The translations under genes and the position numbers were made by a program. A stretch of 47,803 nucleotides of DNA, taken from Nemertoderma westbladi. Its lineage: Eukaryota; Animalia; Xenacoelomorpha. Shown one piece after another: positions 8,885 to 21,229 of this stretch. Each line of letters starts with the position of its first letter. The stretch's first letter is position 1. The stretch spans positions 1-47,803 of the forward strand of contig JAUCBJ010000221.1 of NCBI GenBank assembly GCA_032718475.1, read 5' to 3'. The notes beneath the pieces are model-generated. The model saw only the letters and a program-made list of their open reading frames with translations. It ran no database searches and was not told the DNA's origin.

Positions 8885-10333
8885 ATGACGGAGTTGATAG
8901 AAGATGATCTTGGTATCAGGGAGCGATATACTCTACCTTTACAAGCATTTGTGGATAGCTTGATACGCGGTGAAACCGATCCAACCATTACGGAGGACGA
9001 TGGTCGTTATATCGAACCGCCGATGTCCCAAGAGCAACTTACGCGTGAATTGGACTATCGAAAATTCACCGCTCGCTATACGCATCGTAATAGTACGTAT
9101 ATGGACTTCCTAACTACCGGCCATCCTATCGATTTACATGATACGGACGATGTAGACACCGAAAGGGAAATGGTTCTATTTAAATATCATACCCAGCGGA
9201 GTCGTAACGATAAACCGAGAATAGATCACGAAAATTCTATTCGTAACAGACTGGGAAGATGAACCAATATGCCTAGAATCTGAGGAGATTCAGCCTATCG
9301 CGCCCGGAACAGCGACAACGATTATATCCTAGAATGGTATCAAGGTCCACAGTGTCTCACTGCGTACAATTATCGCCATGCCAACTATGTTTCTCGGCAA
9401 CGTTGTCGGTTATGCGCATCGAGAGACCATGTTACGCCCATGGACACAAACGTCCGCTGTTCCTATTTCCACGAACAACCGGTGATGGAAATTTATTGTG
9501 CGTATTGCAGACTCAATAACTTGCACATTTTTGCGGTTTGCCCTCAATTTATGACTCAATGTCACCATTGTCAACTAAAGGGACACGCCAGTTTCGATTG
9601 CCCTTTTAATCACGATTTGGAAAGCGTAGATGAAATGATCACACTACGTTACATCAGAGCTTGGGAAGCGAACGCTGATTTACATTGTGATTCGCGCCAT
9701 CGCTATTATCCCGGACGCGCTTACGAAGGAGTTTATGCATTCCATCCTTATCTATTCGCTTCTGTCAAACAGAAATCACGCATATCGAGTTACGAACTAC
9801 TGAAGCGCGTCGGAGAATGTATTTCAACCAAGTTCGTACGTAAATTTCTCCGGAGTGTTAATCCTAGCGACCTTCATTCCTATAACTTAATCAATTACAT
9901 CCGTCAGGATCCGGACTATGGAGACTTATTTGTTAACTCACACCCAGAGTTACAGGAAGTATATCGGCGGCCTTACGAATACCGAGCCCTCGAACGCGAG
10001 TTGGAAAGAACCATTAAACCCCGGAGGTTTCTGACTGCCTATGGTCCACCCACGGCTCTCGTTCAGACCACTCATAAAGGACCCGTAAGAGCGGCTGTCT
10101 TAAAACGCGCTCTCAAAGCCGTTAGACCCCTCTCCCCCGACGTTGATGTCAATCAACCCGGTACTTCGACTGGCGGATACACCGACCATAATCTTATACC
10201 CTCTGATGCAATCATATTGCACCCTTCACCCAGGAGTTATAGCCCTCCTTGTAAAGTGGCTCGCCCCAAAGAGAAAAGGACTCTGGCTAGCTTTAAAAAA
10301 CTGCGTAAACGCCGTCCGCGCAAGAAAGACTAA
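8885..10333 (+). CDS. Extra (accessory) ORF of the LTR element: acidic N-terminal part, three zinc-knuckle-like motifs, basic NLS-like C-terminus; interrupted by two in-frame TGA codons (9260, 9281)
   Basis: ORFs 8885-9262 and 9440-10333 share a frame, which is open from 9284. Motifs: CRLCASRDH-x8-C, CAYCRLNNLHIFAVC, CHHCQLKGHASFDC. Ends KKLRKRRPRKKD. Confidence 0.7.
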
Positions 10334-10402
10334 CTGTTTAGAGTATTTACGTATATTAGAAACTGTGATTTTGTATATTTTATAGACTCAAATCCCATTT
10401 TC

Positions 10403-10411
10403 TGGGAGCGG
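10403..10411 (+). promoter_or_regulatory. Polypurine tract (plus-strand primer)
   Basis: TGGGAGCGG directly 5' of the 3' LTR TG. Confidence 0.75.
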
Positions 10412-11664
10412 TGTAAAAGCTTCTGTGGGATATAACTGGCCCCTTTGCTTCGCAATCCAGTTTCCCCCCAGGCGCTGGAATACTCTAAAAGGCTCTCTAA
10501 CTATATATATATTCCCCTCGCCCGCAAGGTACCGTTATAGGTGTTTTAACGGACATAAAAGTCATTCTTCTATATACGTGCTTTGGCGGACATGGTAAGG
10601 CAAAAAACCCGCAATGCACCAAATACCTTTACACAGCTTAGCCGTGATGATTCAGATTACGACATCTAACAGCTGGTTGCTGACGTGGAAGCGGCCATTG
10701 GACACATGGTTCTTTGTTTAGCTTGAGCCAATCAGAGCGATTTTTTCTGTCGATGTGGAGATATTCGGCCGATCATACTAGGAGTGTTCAGTCTTACTGT
10801 TTTTTCTTGATACTGTTGTGTTGTTGCTATCTAGGCCAGGAACACCGGCTCTAGAGTCAATTCGTTTCAGACTTTAGAAGAAACATTAGTAGGCTTAAGA
10901 TTATAGAGCGTATAACTGTTATCGGCTCAATCTGCACATACATTGTCATATCATATCTTAACCTACCGTCTTAATGCTTTTTACTGTTGTCATATTTTGT
11001 ATTAGTTGGTTGAATATTATTTGGAGAACATCTATAAAGAACCCAAATTTCCCAATTTTCTTGATACACTACAGGTTAGAGAGACGGGTTATATATAGCG
11101 ATTGCGACTTATATTATTGTGGTTTGTAGTGAATTTAATGCTATTTGATAAGCACTACATGAGTCAGTTGCTGTTCTCTTTATATATGATAAAATTCATT
11201 GACGGTCGGCAAATTAGTGAGCAGTATTGTGTGTTACCGGTAGTGTGCATGATTGTGGCTGATAACTAAGCATTTCCTAAAGAATGCGCCTCATACGTGA
11301 ATCATAAGCCTTACCGACTTGCCGTTGTGATTAGTATAAGTCATATCTCTGTTTATCTAGATAGAGCGCCACGTCCTAAAGGAACTGTTAATATTTCCCG
11401 AAAGTGAATAATATTAGTCAGAAATTATTTATTAACGATCAATCGAATAATACAGTAAGCTTACACTGCAATAATAATCTAAGCCCTCAGAATCCAGTCT
11501 CCCGGGTATATCCAGCGGGTGAATGGACGCGCACTAGGCTGGCTTCTGCTAATGTTGTGTTTATTGGTATTAAATATTTGTCATCTTCTAAAGTCTATTT
11601 ATAAACCAAAAGACATATAAATTTTGGCAGGTTAAACTGCTAAAGGTCTTCAAAAGCGCGTACA
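10412..11664 (+). repeat. 3' LTR
   Basis: Copy of 297-1549, preceded by a purine-rich tract and followed by the TSD. Confidence 0.97.
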
Positions 11665-13699
11665 TATTTCGTTAGATAAGCGAGTAGCTGGGAGTTTATT
11701 ATTTGTTCGAATATTTTACTGAGGACTGGGAGAAGTGATATTGGTCTATAGTTGTTAGAATCAGTTGGATCGTCAGCTTTGTATGAAGGAATAACTTTAG
11801 CTATTTGGAGCGAACACGGAAAAAATCCTAATTTAATTGACAGGTTAATTAGTTTACTGAGATATATAGATATAGGTTTAGCCGCAAGTAGGAGTAGCTT
11901 AGTTGGGAAAGAGTCGTTTGTCGCCGATTTAGGGTTAAGATGTAGTAGTAGATATTCAACTTCCACTGGACTAGTTTCGGCAAGAGAGAAAGAGTTAGGG
12001 CGCCTGTTGGAGTTAGAAATGAAGCGGAGCGGGGATCGACTAGATGTGGGGATGTCCCTACTTAGTTTAGAACCTACAGTAGCAAAGTGAGTATTAAGAA
12101 TATTTGCTATTTTGGTCGGGTCTCTAGTGGTTTGGAATGAATGTTCGGTGCGGGTTGTGATTTGTTTTGGAATGTTTCTTTTTCTAGATTTGTTTAATGC
12201 TGTATTGATTATCAACCACGTTTTACGAATATTTTTCGAATTGTTTTCAAATTGAGTGGAGTAGTATTGTTTTTCCGCTGCTTGCAACGTTGAAGTCAAT
12301 TTATTTCTGTAACATTTGAACTTGTTGGAATTTGTTTCTGTGGGATATTTTAAGTATTGACGATATAGTCTATTTTTAGTTAGGGTACTATTTATTAGAG
12401 CATCAGTTATCCAGGGTTTATTTGGTACCTTTCGTGGGGGGACAATTTTTTTGGTACGTGTTTGCTGCAAATATTTTCCAAGTCCTTATAAAATAGATCA
12501 AATTTTTCTTTATCTGGAATATTGTTTGAGTTGAATGTCCAGGAATTCGGTGATTTAATTTCTTTAATAAAATTCTGTGAGTTAAATTTAGAAAAGTCAA
12601 ATACAGAGTAATTTTTTGGTTTATTAAAATAACAAGAATAATTTTGGAGTAGAGTAAATGTCGGTTGATGGTCAGATGTCCCGATTTTAACACGAAAAGT
12701 ACCAGATTTAGTAACTGAAGTTGTGATGTTCGTAATTATATGGTCTATACATGATTTGGTCCAAGGAGTTACGCGTGTAGGGTCATTTATTAATTGAATA
12801 AAGCCATATGAGTTGAGTAGGTTAATATATTCCATGGGATTATCTTTAGATGTATGTAGTGTGTTAATGTTAGTGTCTCCAGTTATAATGACGTCACAGT
12901 GCGAGTTAGCTAGATTAGATAAGGAAGAATCTAGTAGAGAGAGAAAGTGTTCACGTTGTATAGCTTGCGTACGGTATAGAGTTCCTATAATTAGAGGTTT
13001 AGATTTTTGTCGTTTTATTTCAATCCAGGAGCTTTCAAGATCGCTAATTGTTAGATCGTCCCTTTTTGATACCTCGAGAGATTCTTTGACGTATATAGCA
13101 GCCCCCCCTCTATTTAATTTGCCAGTTTTACGGTTACCTAAAAATGGATCTTTGTAGCCACTAATTTTTATACTGTTACCAGGTGAGTTGTCAGTTAGAA
13201 ATGTTTCAGAAAAGGTAAGTATGTCAAATTTGTTGTCAATTGTCAATAAAAAATCAGTTATAGCAGATAAATTGGCTGGTAAACTACGGCAGTTAAACTG
13301 AAACACAGAAAGCGAAGGATTATTGTCTGTAAATTTATTTTCGTTATTAAACATTTTCTCAGTGTAAGTACCTCCGTCTATATTTAGGTTTGTTAAATTA
13401 CTATCAGGGTCGAGATGAGAAAATGTTTGATTAAAAATATTAATTTGGGATGATACATTATAACCAGGAAATATGTCTAAATCATCTGTACTAACTGTGG
13501 AAAAAGGGAAAATTTGAGAATAACAGTATATACAATAAATGTCAGTTCGATTTCGCTCAGCAATGAATAGTTCAGTCGGAAGTAGGTATGAGCCACAGGG
13601 TAAGTGATATTGATCGGTGCATAGACTACAAGTTATTATACTATCAGTAGGATCGAATCTAGAATAGCAAAAATTACAGAAGTCGGGGGTGTGAAACAT
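11665..13699 (-). pseudogene. LINE ORF2p (PHD-like finger, APE endonuclease, RT start), with one frameshift near 12440-12455 and the LTR insertion
   Basis: CNFC...CSLC...HLPC...CIYC; FNCRSL, SETFL, GGAAIYVK, GDTNIN, PTRV, CIDHI, SDH; KPWIT; NYRPISLLP. The frame change lies in homopolymer runs. Confidence 0.9.
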
Positions 13700-14053
13700 G
13701 GAGCAGTAGAACGCGGGGAAGGAGGAGGAAGGGGGGGGGGGGGGGGGGTTACAACAATATATCCTAGAGTTTACGTAGACAACAAAAAAGCACGCACTAA
13801 AAGTAACACAGAATGACCTACGTGAGGTACCGATAAATTATACCGCTACACTGCAGTAACATAAGGAAAAGCCTCTACTGAGCTTTATAATGTAGCATTA
13901 AAAACTAGTCCTAATTAACGAATATATAGTGGATATTGTTCTTGAGAATTATTACAGTTCTAAATTGGACTTATTCTGAGATGTAATTAGTATAAAATTA
14001 GAGTGACCCATCATGGCAGTAAACAACCATCAAGTATAGAGTGGCCTATTACT

Positions 14054-14914
14054 CTAGATATCAGTTTCGGGATCATCGATGATCGGGGTAAAACTTGAGA
14101 GCAATCGACGAACGGAAGTGTTTGGACCGTGGTCGCCGGGAGATCCGTGGACCGGGATGCCGACGTCGGAGGATTCGTTAACAGCTTCCTCATTAGGAGT
14201 AGCGGGAGGACTCCGCTTAAAAGTATCGAGATCGGAAAGGGTGTAGATGAGCGTTGGTTTGTCGGCGAGTTTATGTTTAACGAAGACACTCCCGTTCCTG
14301 GTGTAGGCCGAGTGGAGCGCCTTCGATTTTTTAAGGGATTTGGCCTCACGTAGGATTGCCGACCGTCGACTGGTTAAGTGCTCAGATGCGTAAACTCCAC
14401 GAGGAAGATCGCCTTTATGGGAGAGGATATAATTCCGCGACGAGTGGCGAGTAAATGGAATTATTATCGGTCGAGATGTAGGCTGGCTAGTCGTCTTAGT
14501 TGGTTTAGACTTTGGTTTGGGACCGAGGCGGTGTAGAAGGTCGACATCCTCCGCTACACCGAGGGATGTTAGTAGGGTTCTAACCGTTTGTTCATCTCGT
14601 TCGTTTGATGACTCAGGAAGGCCATGCAACAGTAGATTGTTACGATGCAGATATTGCAGTAGGTTGTCATTGTCATTGGTTAGTGTATCTACGTCGCGCC
14701 GCAGTAATGAGTTTTCTTTTTTCAGTATCTCGTTTTGAGATTGAACCTTTTGGAGTTCAGACTTGATATCTTTCAGGTCGTCACTCAACGATTGGAAGTG
14801 AGAATCTAATTTGGAGTTCAGCTTAGACATCGCGTCAGCAGATTTAGCCATTTGAGAGTAGAGTGTAAACGTAAATAGAGATCGAAATTTAAACTTATTT
14901 GGTTCGGGGGGCAA
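14054..14914 (-). CDS. LINE ORF1p (coiled coil plus RRM/CTD-type RNA-binding protein); ATG likely at 14851
   Basis: Heptad coiled coil, then RNNLLLHGLPES, HRLG, RPIIIPF, SEHLT and YTRNGSVFVK motifs typical of CR1-group ORF1. Confidence 0.85.
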   Translation of the reverse strand: MPPEPNKFKFRSLFTFTLYSQMAKSADAMSKLNSKLDSHFQSLSDDLKDIKSELQKVQSQNEILKKENSLLRRDVDTLTNDNDNLLQYLHRNNLLLHGLPESSNERDEQTVRTLLTSLGVAEDVDLLHRLGPKPKSKPTKTTSQPTSRPIIIPFTRHSSRNYILSHKGDLPRGVYASEHLTSRRSAILREAKSLKKSKALHSAYTRNGSVFVKHKLADKPTLIYTLSDLDTFKRSPPATPNEEAVNESSDVGIPVHGSPGDHGPNTSVRRLLSSFTPIIDDPETDI

Positions 14915-15339
14915 TTGAAATACAGGATTGTTATAGGGCTAGGTAGTGCTGTACAGCTGTAGTGCAGTGTAGCAGGTAGGTACCGGTACTACTGGCTTAA
15001 GTACATGCTTCTTCACAAAACCTCCAACAACAATTGTTGTAAAAAGAAAAAGAAAAAAAGCAATTGGGCCAGTCCAGCAGCTTTGCTGCTTAGTGGTATT
15101 GAGATTGCTCTGCTCAAGCCAAATAAGAGCCGAGCACCAGTTAGGCTTGGGTAGCCCCGGTACAGACTGACTCTCTATTCAGTACCTACCGAACTAGTAT
15201 TGCCCCATTCCTGTAGTATTCACAGCAGTATTGTACCATGCTGTTTTGTACCTTCATTGCACTAATTATACAATAATTATATTCACCTTATCTGGTTGTT
15301 ACCCAATTAACCCCTTGTTAATGGGGTTTTAGCTTTGGG

Positions 15340-18195
15340 ATTTTAGTGGACAGTCAAGGGGGTTTTCGGAAAGACTTTTGCACTTCTGATCACATATTTA
15401 CTTTTAGCACTTTAATAAATCACTTTCTTTATTCCGGTAATTATAACAGATTATTCTGCACATTCGTCGACTTTCAAAAAGCCTTCGATTTAGTTAACCG
15501 ATCAGCTCTCTGGCATAAACTTTTCAATCTTGGATTTTCTGGTCGAATTCTACAAGTTATTAAGAGTATGTATGCCGAAGTTAAATCTTGTGTCCGTTGG
15601 GGTGGAGTCTACAGTGAGAGTTTCCCTTGTCTAGTTGGTGTTAGACAGGGTGAGTCATTGTCCCCATTGCTTTTTTCTTTATTTATCAATGACCTTGAGC
15701 TGGAGTTGATCCGCGGAGGTGCTCCTGGGATTGATCTTGGGACTTCCCCCTGGAAGTAGTTTCTTCCTACTCTTTACCTTGGTATTGTATTCACCCCATC
15801 TGGTAGCTTCACTCTTGCCCAGCAATCTCTTGCAGACAAAGCCAATAAAGCGTATTTCACTCTCCTTAAGTATCTCAGACAGTACCCCAATTTATCATTT
15901 AAACTTAAGCTGCATCTGTTTAATTCTCTTATCCGTCCTATATTAATGTACTCCTGCGAAGTTTGAGGTTTTCATAATTTGGATGCTATTAATCGGATCG
16001 TTCTAAAATTTCTTAAATTTATACTCGGCGTCAAGACTTCGACACCCGATTTTATGGTGTATGGTGAAACTGGTTATTTTCCGCTCTCAATTTCCAGAAA
16101 ACTTAGTATTATTAAGTATTGGATTCGTATTTTGAATCTCCCTAACTACCGTCTCGTTAAGAAGGCCTATCTTCTCCAACTTCATGACTGGTTGGTTTTC
16201 AGTTCAGTTAACTGGGCCTCCAATGTTCGGGACCTTCTAGGATCCTTAGGCTTCCGGGAAATTTGGGACAACCAGTACGTAGCTACTATTAATAATAGTA
16301 CGTAGTACTATTCTTAGCAGAGCTCAGGACACGACTCCAAGATAATTATATCCAACAGTGGTGGTCACTAGTGAGTTCTTCTCCCATATCGCTGCTCTAC
16401 GTTAAGTATTTGTTCCAGGAGGAATCCTATGTACGCGCTTTTGAAGACCTTTAGCAGTTTAACGTGCCAAAATTTATATGTCTTTTGGTTTATAAATAGA
16501 CTTTAGAAAATGACAAGTATTTAATACCAATAAACACAACATTAGCCGAAGCCAGCCTAGTGCGCGTCCATTCACCCGCTGGATATACCCGGGAGACTGG
16601 ATTCGGAGGGCTTAGATTGTTATTGCAGTGTAAGCTTACTGTATTATTCGATTGATCGTTAATAAATAATTTCTGACCAATATTATTCACTTTTGGGAAA
16701 TATTAACAGTTCCTTTAGGACGTGGCGCTCTATCTAGGTAAACAGAGATATGACTTATACTAAACACAACGGTAAGTCGGTAAGGCTTATGATTCACGTA
16801 TGAGGCGCATTCTTTAGGAAATGCTTAGTTATCAGTCACAATCATGCACACTACCGGTAACACACAATGCTGCACACTAATCTGCCGACCGTCAATGAAT
16901 TTTATCATATATAAAGAGAACAGCAATTGACTCATGTAGTGCCTATCAAATAGCATTAAACTCACTACAAACCACGATAATATAAGTCGCAATCGCTATA
17001 TGTAACCTGTCTCTCTAACCTGTAGTGTATCAAGAAAATTGGGAAATTTGGGTTCTTTATAGATGTTCTCCAAATAATATTCAACCAACTGATACAAATA
17101 ATAACAACAGTAAAAAGCATTAAGACGGTAGGTTAAGATATGATATGACAATGTATGTGCCGATTGAGTTGATAACAGTTATACGCTCTATAATCTAAGC
17201 CTACTAATGTTTCTTCTAAAGTCTGAAACGAATTGACTCTAGAGCCGGTGTTCTTGGCCTAGATAGAAACAACACAAGTATCACAAAAAACAGTAAGACT
17301 GAACACTCCTAGCACGATCTGCCAAATATCTCCACATCGACAGAAAAAATCGCTCTGATTGGCTGTTAAGCTAAACAAAGAACCATGTGTCCAATGGCCG
17401 TTTCCATGTCAGCAACCAGCTGTTAGATGTCGTAATCTGAATCATCAAGGCTAAGCTGTGCCAGGGTATTTGACGCATTGCGGGTTTTTTGCCTTACCAT
17501 GTCCGCCAAAGCACACATATAGAAGAATGACTTTTATGTCCGTTAAAACACCTATAACGGTACCTTGCGGGCGAGGGGGACTGATTATATCCGCAAAAGC
17601 TTTTACATCCTACCTGAATGTTCTACACAGGTACCCCAGACTCTGTCGGTCGCTTGCGAGATTCCGTACATCATCTCACTCCCTAATGATCGAGCAAGGT
17701 AGATGGAATAGCACACCCCGTAATGAACGTTATTGCCCTGTCTGTATGTTTGCGGTTATTGAGGATGAATATCACTTTTTGCTAAAATGCCCAGTCTATC
17801 AGGATCTCAGAGTAATTCATTTGTCTGCTCGTTACCACGGAAACTCCACATTAAATAAATATAAAGACTTAGTAGGCTCAAACTCTATTGAAAAAATCAA
17901 ATGTCTGGCAATTTTTTTGGCAAAGGCGTTCCAACGGCGCGATAAAATTTTACAACCACATTAGAACGCGGTTTCGGGCAACTTTTTCAGTTGTTTTATA
18001 TTTATGTTTTCATGTTCTATGTACATTACTTTATAAATTACAATACGTGCATATCTTTACCGTACTGCTGACACTGGTTTACCGGTCTTACATTCTTTAG
18101 TATTTTCTTCAGTTTGTTTACTTGTAAAATCTAACAATAATGGCTCCATTTGAGCATGTTGTAGTAATAAACAGAAATTGAAAATAGTTAATAAA
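15340..18195 (+). mobile_element. 5'-truncated, internally deleted RTE-X-like LINE, interrupted by a solo LTR
   Basis: QGGFRK...DHIFT...FVDFQKAFD...GVRQGESLSPLLFSLFINDL; YADD region missing (deletion near 15755); KFILGVKTST...VYGETG; C-terminal FRTSSHSLMIEQGRW...CPVC...EDEYHFLLKCP; AATAAA near 18166. Confidence 0.85.
16430..17607 (-). mobile_element. Solo LTR of the same BEL/Pao family (1178 bp)
   Basis: Reverse complement of the LTR with scattered substitutions and an ~75-bp shorter 5' (U3) segment. 5-bp TSD TCCTA at 16425-16429 and 17608-17612. The LINE frame FQEESYLNVLHRY is restored when it is removed. Confidence 0.96.
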
Positions 18196-18239
18196 TATAT
18201 AGTATATCATATTCTTACCTGCCTACTTTATTATCCAGG

Positions 18240-20035
18240 CAGCTTATCAGTCTCTTGGGCTTGCTCCGTGTACTGTACACATAGGATGTGGATTCGTTGA
18301 ATCTGCCAGTCTATGTTTGTTGGTTTCAGTTTCGGTGTCTGCTGGTGGGTTGTTTGATAAATAAGCAGGTTTCACTCGATCTATCGTGACTTTCGTTGGT
18401 CTGTTGTGAATGTCTATTATAGCTGTCTGATCTGTTATTGAAATGACTGGGTAGGCCACTGTAGCGGTGACAATGACTGCTTCTTTATTGCGTGTAGCCA
18501 AACGTGGGTGGACTTTGGCAAATCCTTGGAAACATTTGGGTATTTGCTAAAGTTGTTGCACTTCACAAACAGTTTGTCCAGAATGTTGATGAATATCTGT
18601 TTCAGAGTTGTCTTCTAGAAAGAACTGACCAGGCAGTTGAAGTTCAGCACCATACAGTAATTGTGCTGGTGAGTAGTTGTGAGTAGTTGTGAGTTCCTAT
18701 GGCAGATCTGAGTCCCAATAAGATTAATGGTAGGGATTGCGTCCAGGTTGACGAGCTGTATTTTGCACGTCTTTACCTGTTGATGAAATCTTTCAATCAA
18801 CCTATTACATGCAGGATGGTAAGCGTTTGTTAAACGGTGGTCGATGCCAAGTTTGTTTCATATGCATTTCCACAGTTTCGATGTGAATTGTGTCCACCTA
18901 TCTGTATTAAGTATTTTTGGTACACCGAATCGAATGATCCAGGTGCTAATAAATACGTCTGCGACTGATTCTGTTGCTATATCACAAAGTGGAATGGTTT
19001 CTACCCACCTTGTGTAGCAATCTATGGCAGTTAGTAGGTACCGATAAACTTGCGAGTGAGGTAGGTTTACAACCAAGTCTGTATGAACAGTATGACACCG
19101 GGATACTGTAGGAATTGTCCCTACTGGAGACTTTTGTGGGTGTAGTAATTTTCACTTTTTACATTGTAAACATTGTTTAGGCCATTCTTTCATTTGCTTA
19201 TTCATGGAAGGCCAGACGAAGTGTTCTGTAATTAATTTTAAAGTGTTATTTGGTGAAGGATGGGCTAAGTTGTGAATGTGTTGATACACTTTGAAACGCA
19301 TGGTTTCTGGTAAGTACGGTCTGGGTGGGGGTTTGGAGTTGTCAATATAATGAACGCGTTTTCGCAAGTGTACATTTTTGTCAGTGATAGTGTTGTGATG
19401 TTAAAGAAAGCTTGCAATGTTGAGTCTGATAGTTGAGCAGCAGCAAGTTCTTCTGTAATGCTTGTTGATATTGCAGAAGAGGTTGGGCGTAACAAGGCAT
19501 CTGCCATGACAATATCACATCCTGGGGTGTGTGAAAAAGTTCAGGAGAATTCAGATATATATGATAGCCATCGGGATTGTTGTGGGCTTTGGTTCTTCAT
19601 GTCTAAAAAATAAACTTGTATCTTGTGATCGGTGATGATTTGGATTTGTTGTCCAAGTAGCCAATTGTAATGTTTTAGTGCCAGATATATAGTCTACAAT
19701 AGTTCCCTTTCATAAGTGGATTTCTTTGTTTCTGTGGAACTCAGCTTTTTAGAGAAAAATCCAAGATGTTCTGATAGGCCATTAACAACTTGATGTAAAG
19801 CAGCGCCAACAGCTACATTGCATTGGAGGGATATGTTAATGTCAAAGATGCTCCATCTGGGGATCGGATACAATTATTACTGCTTGTTTAACAGCGTTTT
19901 TGAGTTCCTCAAATGCATATTCTGCTTCTTTCGTCCATTGTATGTTTTTGTCCATTTTCTTTTTGTTACTGCTGGAGCAATTTTCATTACTTCCGTTAAA
20001 GGCGCTCCTGTGTGCGAAAATGTCGGTATGAACTA
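18240..20035 (-). pseudogene. Decayed Ty3/Gypsy pol (RNase H, integrase zinc finger, core and C-terminus)
   Basis: ADALLR; HNLAHP...HFVWPSM...CLQC; YLLTAIDCYTRWVE...RFGVP...TDRWTQFTS; ERFHQQVK; VTIDRVKPAY. Many frameshifts and stops. Confidence 0.88.
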
Positions 20036-20394
20036 TGATTTCTTTAATTCCAATGCATAAGGAATATTAAATTAACATAAAATTATAATTAATTAATAAT
20101 CCCACCATTAAAAGTAAATTAAGAGTACGTACATACAGCAATAACAAATAAAATAGGTTATCGTAACCAATGAAATAGAGGTACATGCAGCATGCAGTAA
20201 TATCTAGAGAGTAAAATGGGTAGTAAGTAGAAGGAACAGCATGACAAGTTATATTTATAGATATGGGTAGGTTATATATTATTAGTACTATTATTAAGAA
20301 ACACAGAAGTTTATAAATGGTATAATAAAGTAAATTAAAGTAAAAGAGACATGACAGTTGGGTTCGATAGAATTATAATATTAGACATACATAT

Positions 20395-20833
20395 ACTAGA
20401 AAGCCAGCAAGCTGGCTTTGAACGAACCTGCCCCTGAAACCAGTACCCTGAGTGAGTGAAAATGAGAACACGAAAATTGCCATCAATTCAACGATAGAAA
20501 CACCAGCTGCTGATACTCATGAGGGCCTAGTAAGCTACTATTCTTTATTGAATGGATGGATAGCCCAAACTGCAGAGAAGTATATTAGTTGCCAAATTTA
20601 TTACTATCTCACTCTAACCCAGACAGTAATCAAACATCAACTGTTATTTTGTATAATGTATTACCCCCCAGCTGAATAGCTCTTCCCAGTGAATCTTATG
20701 GGAATATCATTGTAAGCACTGGGCCGTTCAAATGTTTTATAGGTTGATGATAATGAATGAGGAGGGACCCAACTAACACTACGTTTGTCTATATGGACGG
20801 TCTCCTTATAGCCAGCTTACTGGCTTTTCTAGT
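20395..20833. mobile_element. Two outward-facing Helitron-like 3' termini forming an inverted pair
   Basis: AGCCAG-loop-CTGGCT hairpin followed by T-run and CTAG|T on + (20810-20833) and on - (20395-20417). Confidence 0.55.
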
Positions 20834-21229
20834 TGAATCATATTATTCTGCAACCAATAATTTACTCTTTTAGACGAATTAGTGAGTTTTTTTTGCCGGA
20901 CTAACAAATTTTGGCGACGTTCTGTGCGAGATTGGCGATATTTTAAAAGATTCAGAGGGTCAAATATGTTGCTCAAATGACTGAATAGCCCAAATAAAAA
21001 AGTTGGTGCATACTCGGCGAGTTGAAATCGGTGAAATTCGACATTAAATTTTCAAAACCGCTATTTTTCAGTGACCCCTTCATTAAAACGCCACAAAAAA
21101 TATACAGTCTTGTGCGCAACAAAAATCTATGTAGAGTTTGTTATTAAAATTTTTGCGCACCTGCTTGAGTTTTTGAGATATTGGATGGTTATACATATAT
21201 ATATACACACATACACAACCACATCGTGT

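Larger units (their letters stand above)
297..11664 (+). mobile_element. BEL/Pao LTR retrotransposon, non-autonomous (RT and most of RNase H/integrase deleted), with extra 3' cassette
   Basis: Direct 1253-bp LTRs (TGTA...TACA) at 297-1549 and 10412-11664. 5-bp TSD TATTT at 292-296 and 11665-11669. PPT-like TGGGAGCGG abuts the 3' LTR. Gag has a BEL-type triple zinc knuckle, followed by a DSG protease and an NPADxASRG motif. Confidence 0.95.
11665..15000 (-). mobile_element. LINE of the CR1 group (Crack/Daphne/L2-like), 5' part
   Basis: ORF1, spacer, and ORF2 with a PHD-like finger, APE endonuclease and RT N-terminus. The 5' boundary is approximate. Confidence 0.88.

Noticed and set aside
8885-10333. 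Extra ORF as an envelope gene or selenoprotein
   Set aside because: No signal peptide, TM helix or furin-fusion layout. The UGAs are not in a Cys-equivalent context and no SECIS could be identified.
12430-12460. Programmed frameshift in LINE ORF2
   Set aside because: It falls in A7/C6 homopolymers, so a mutation or sequencing indel is more likely.
17458-17607. N-terminal part of the 168-aa ORF
   Set aside because: Antisense LTR sequence fortuitously in frame with the LINE C-terminus.
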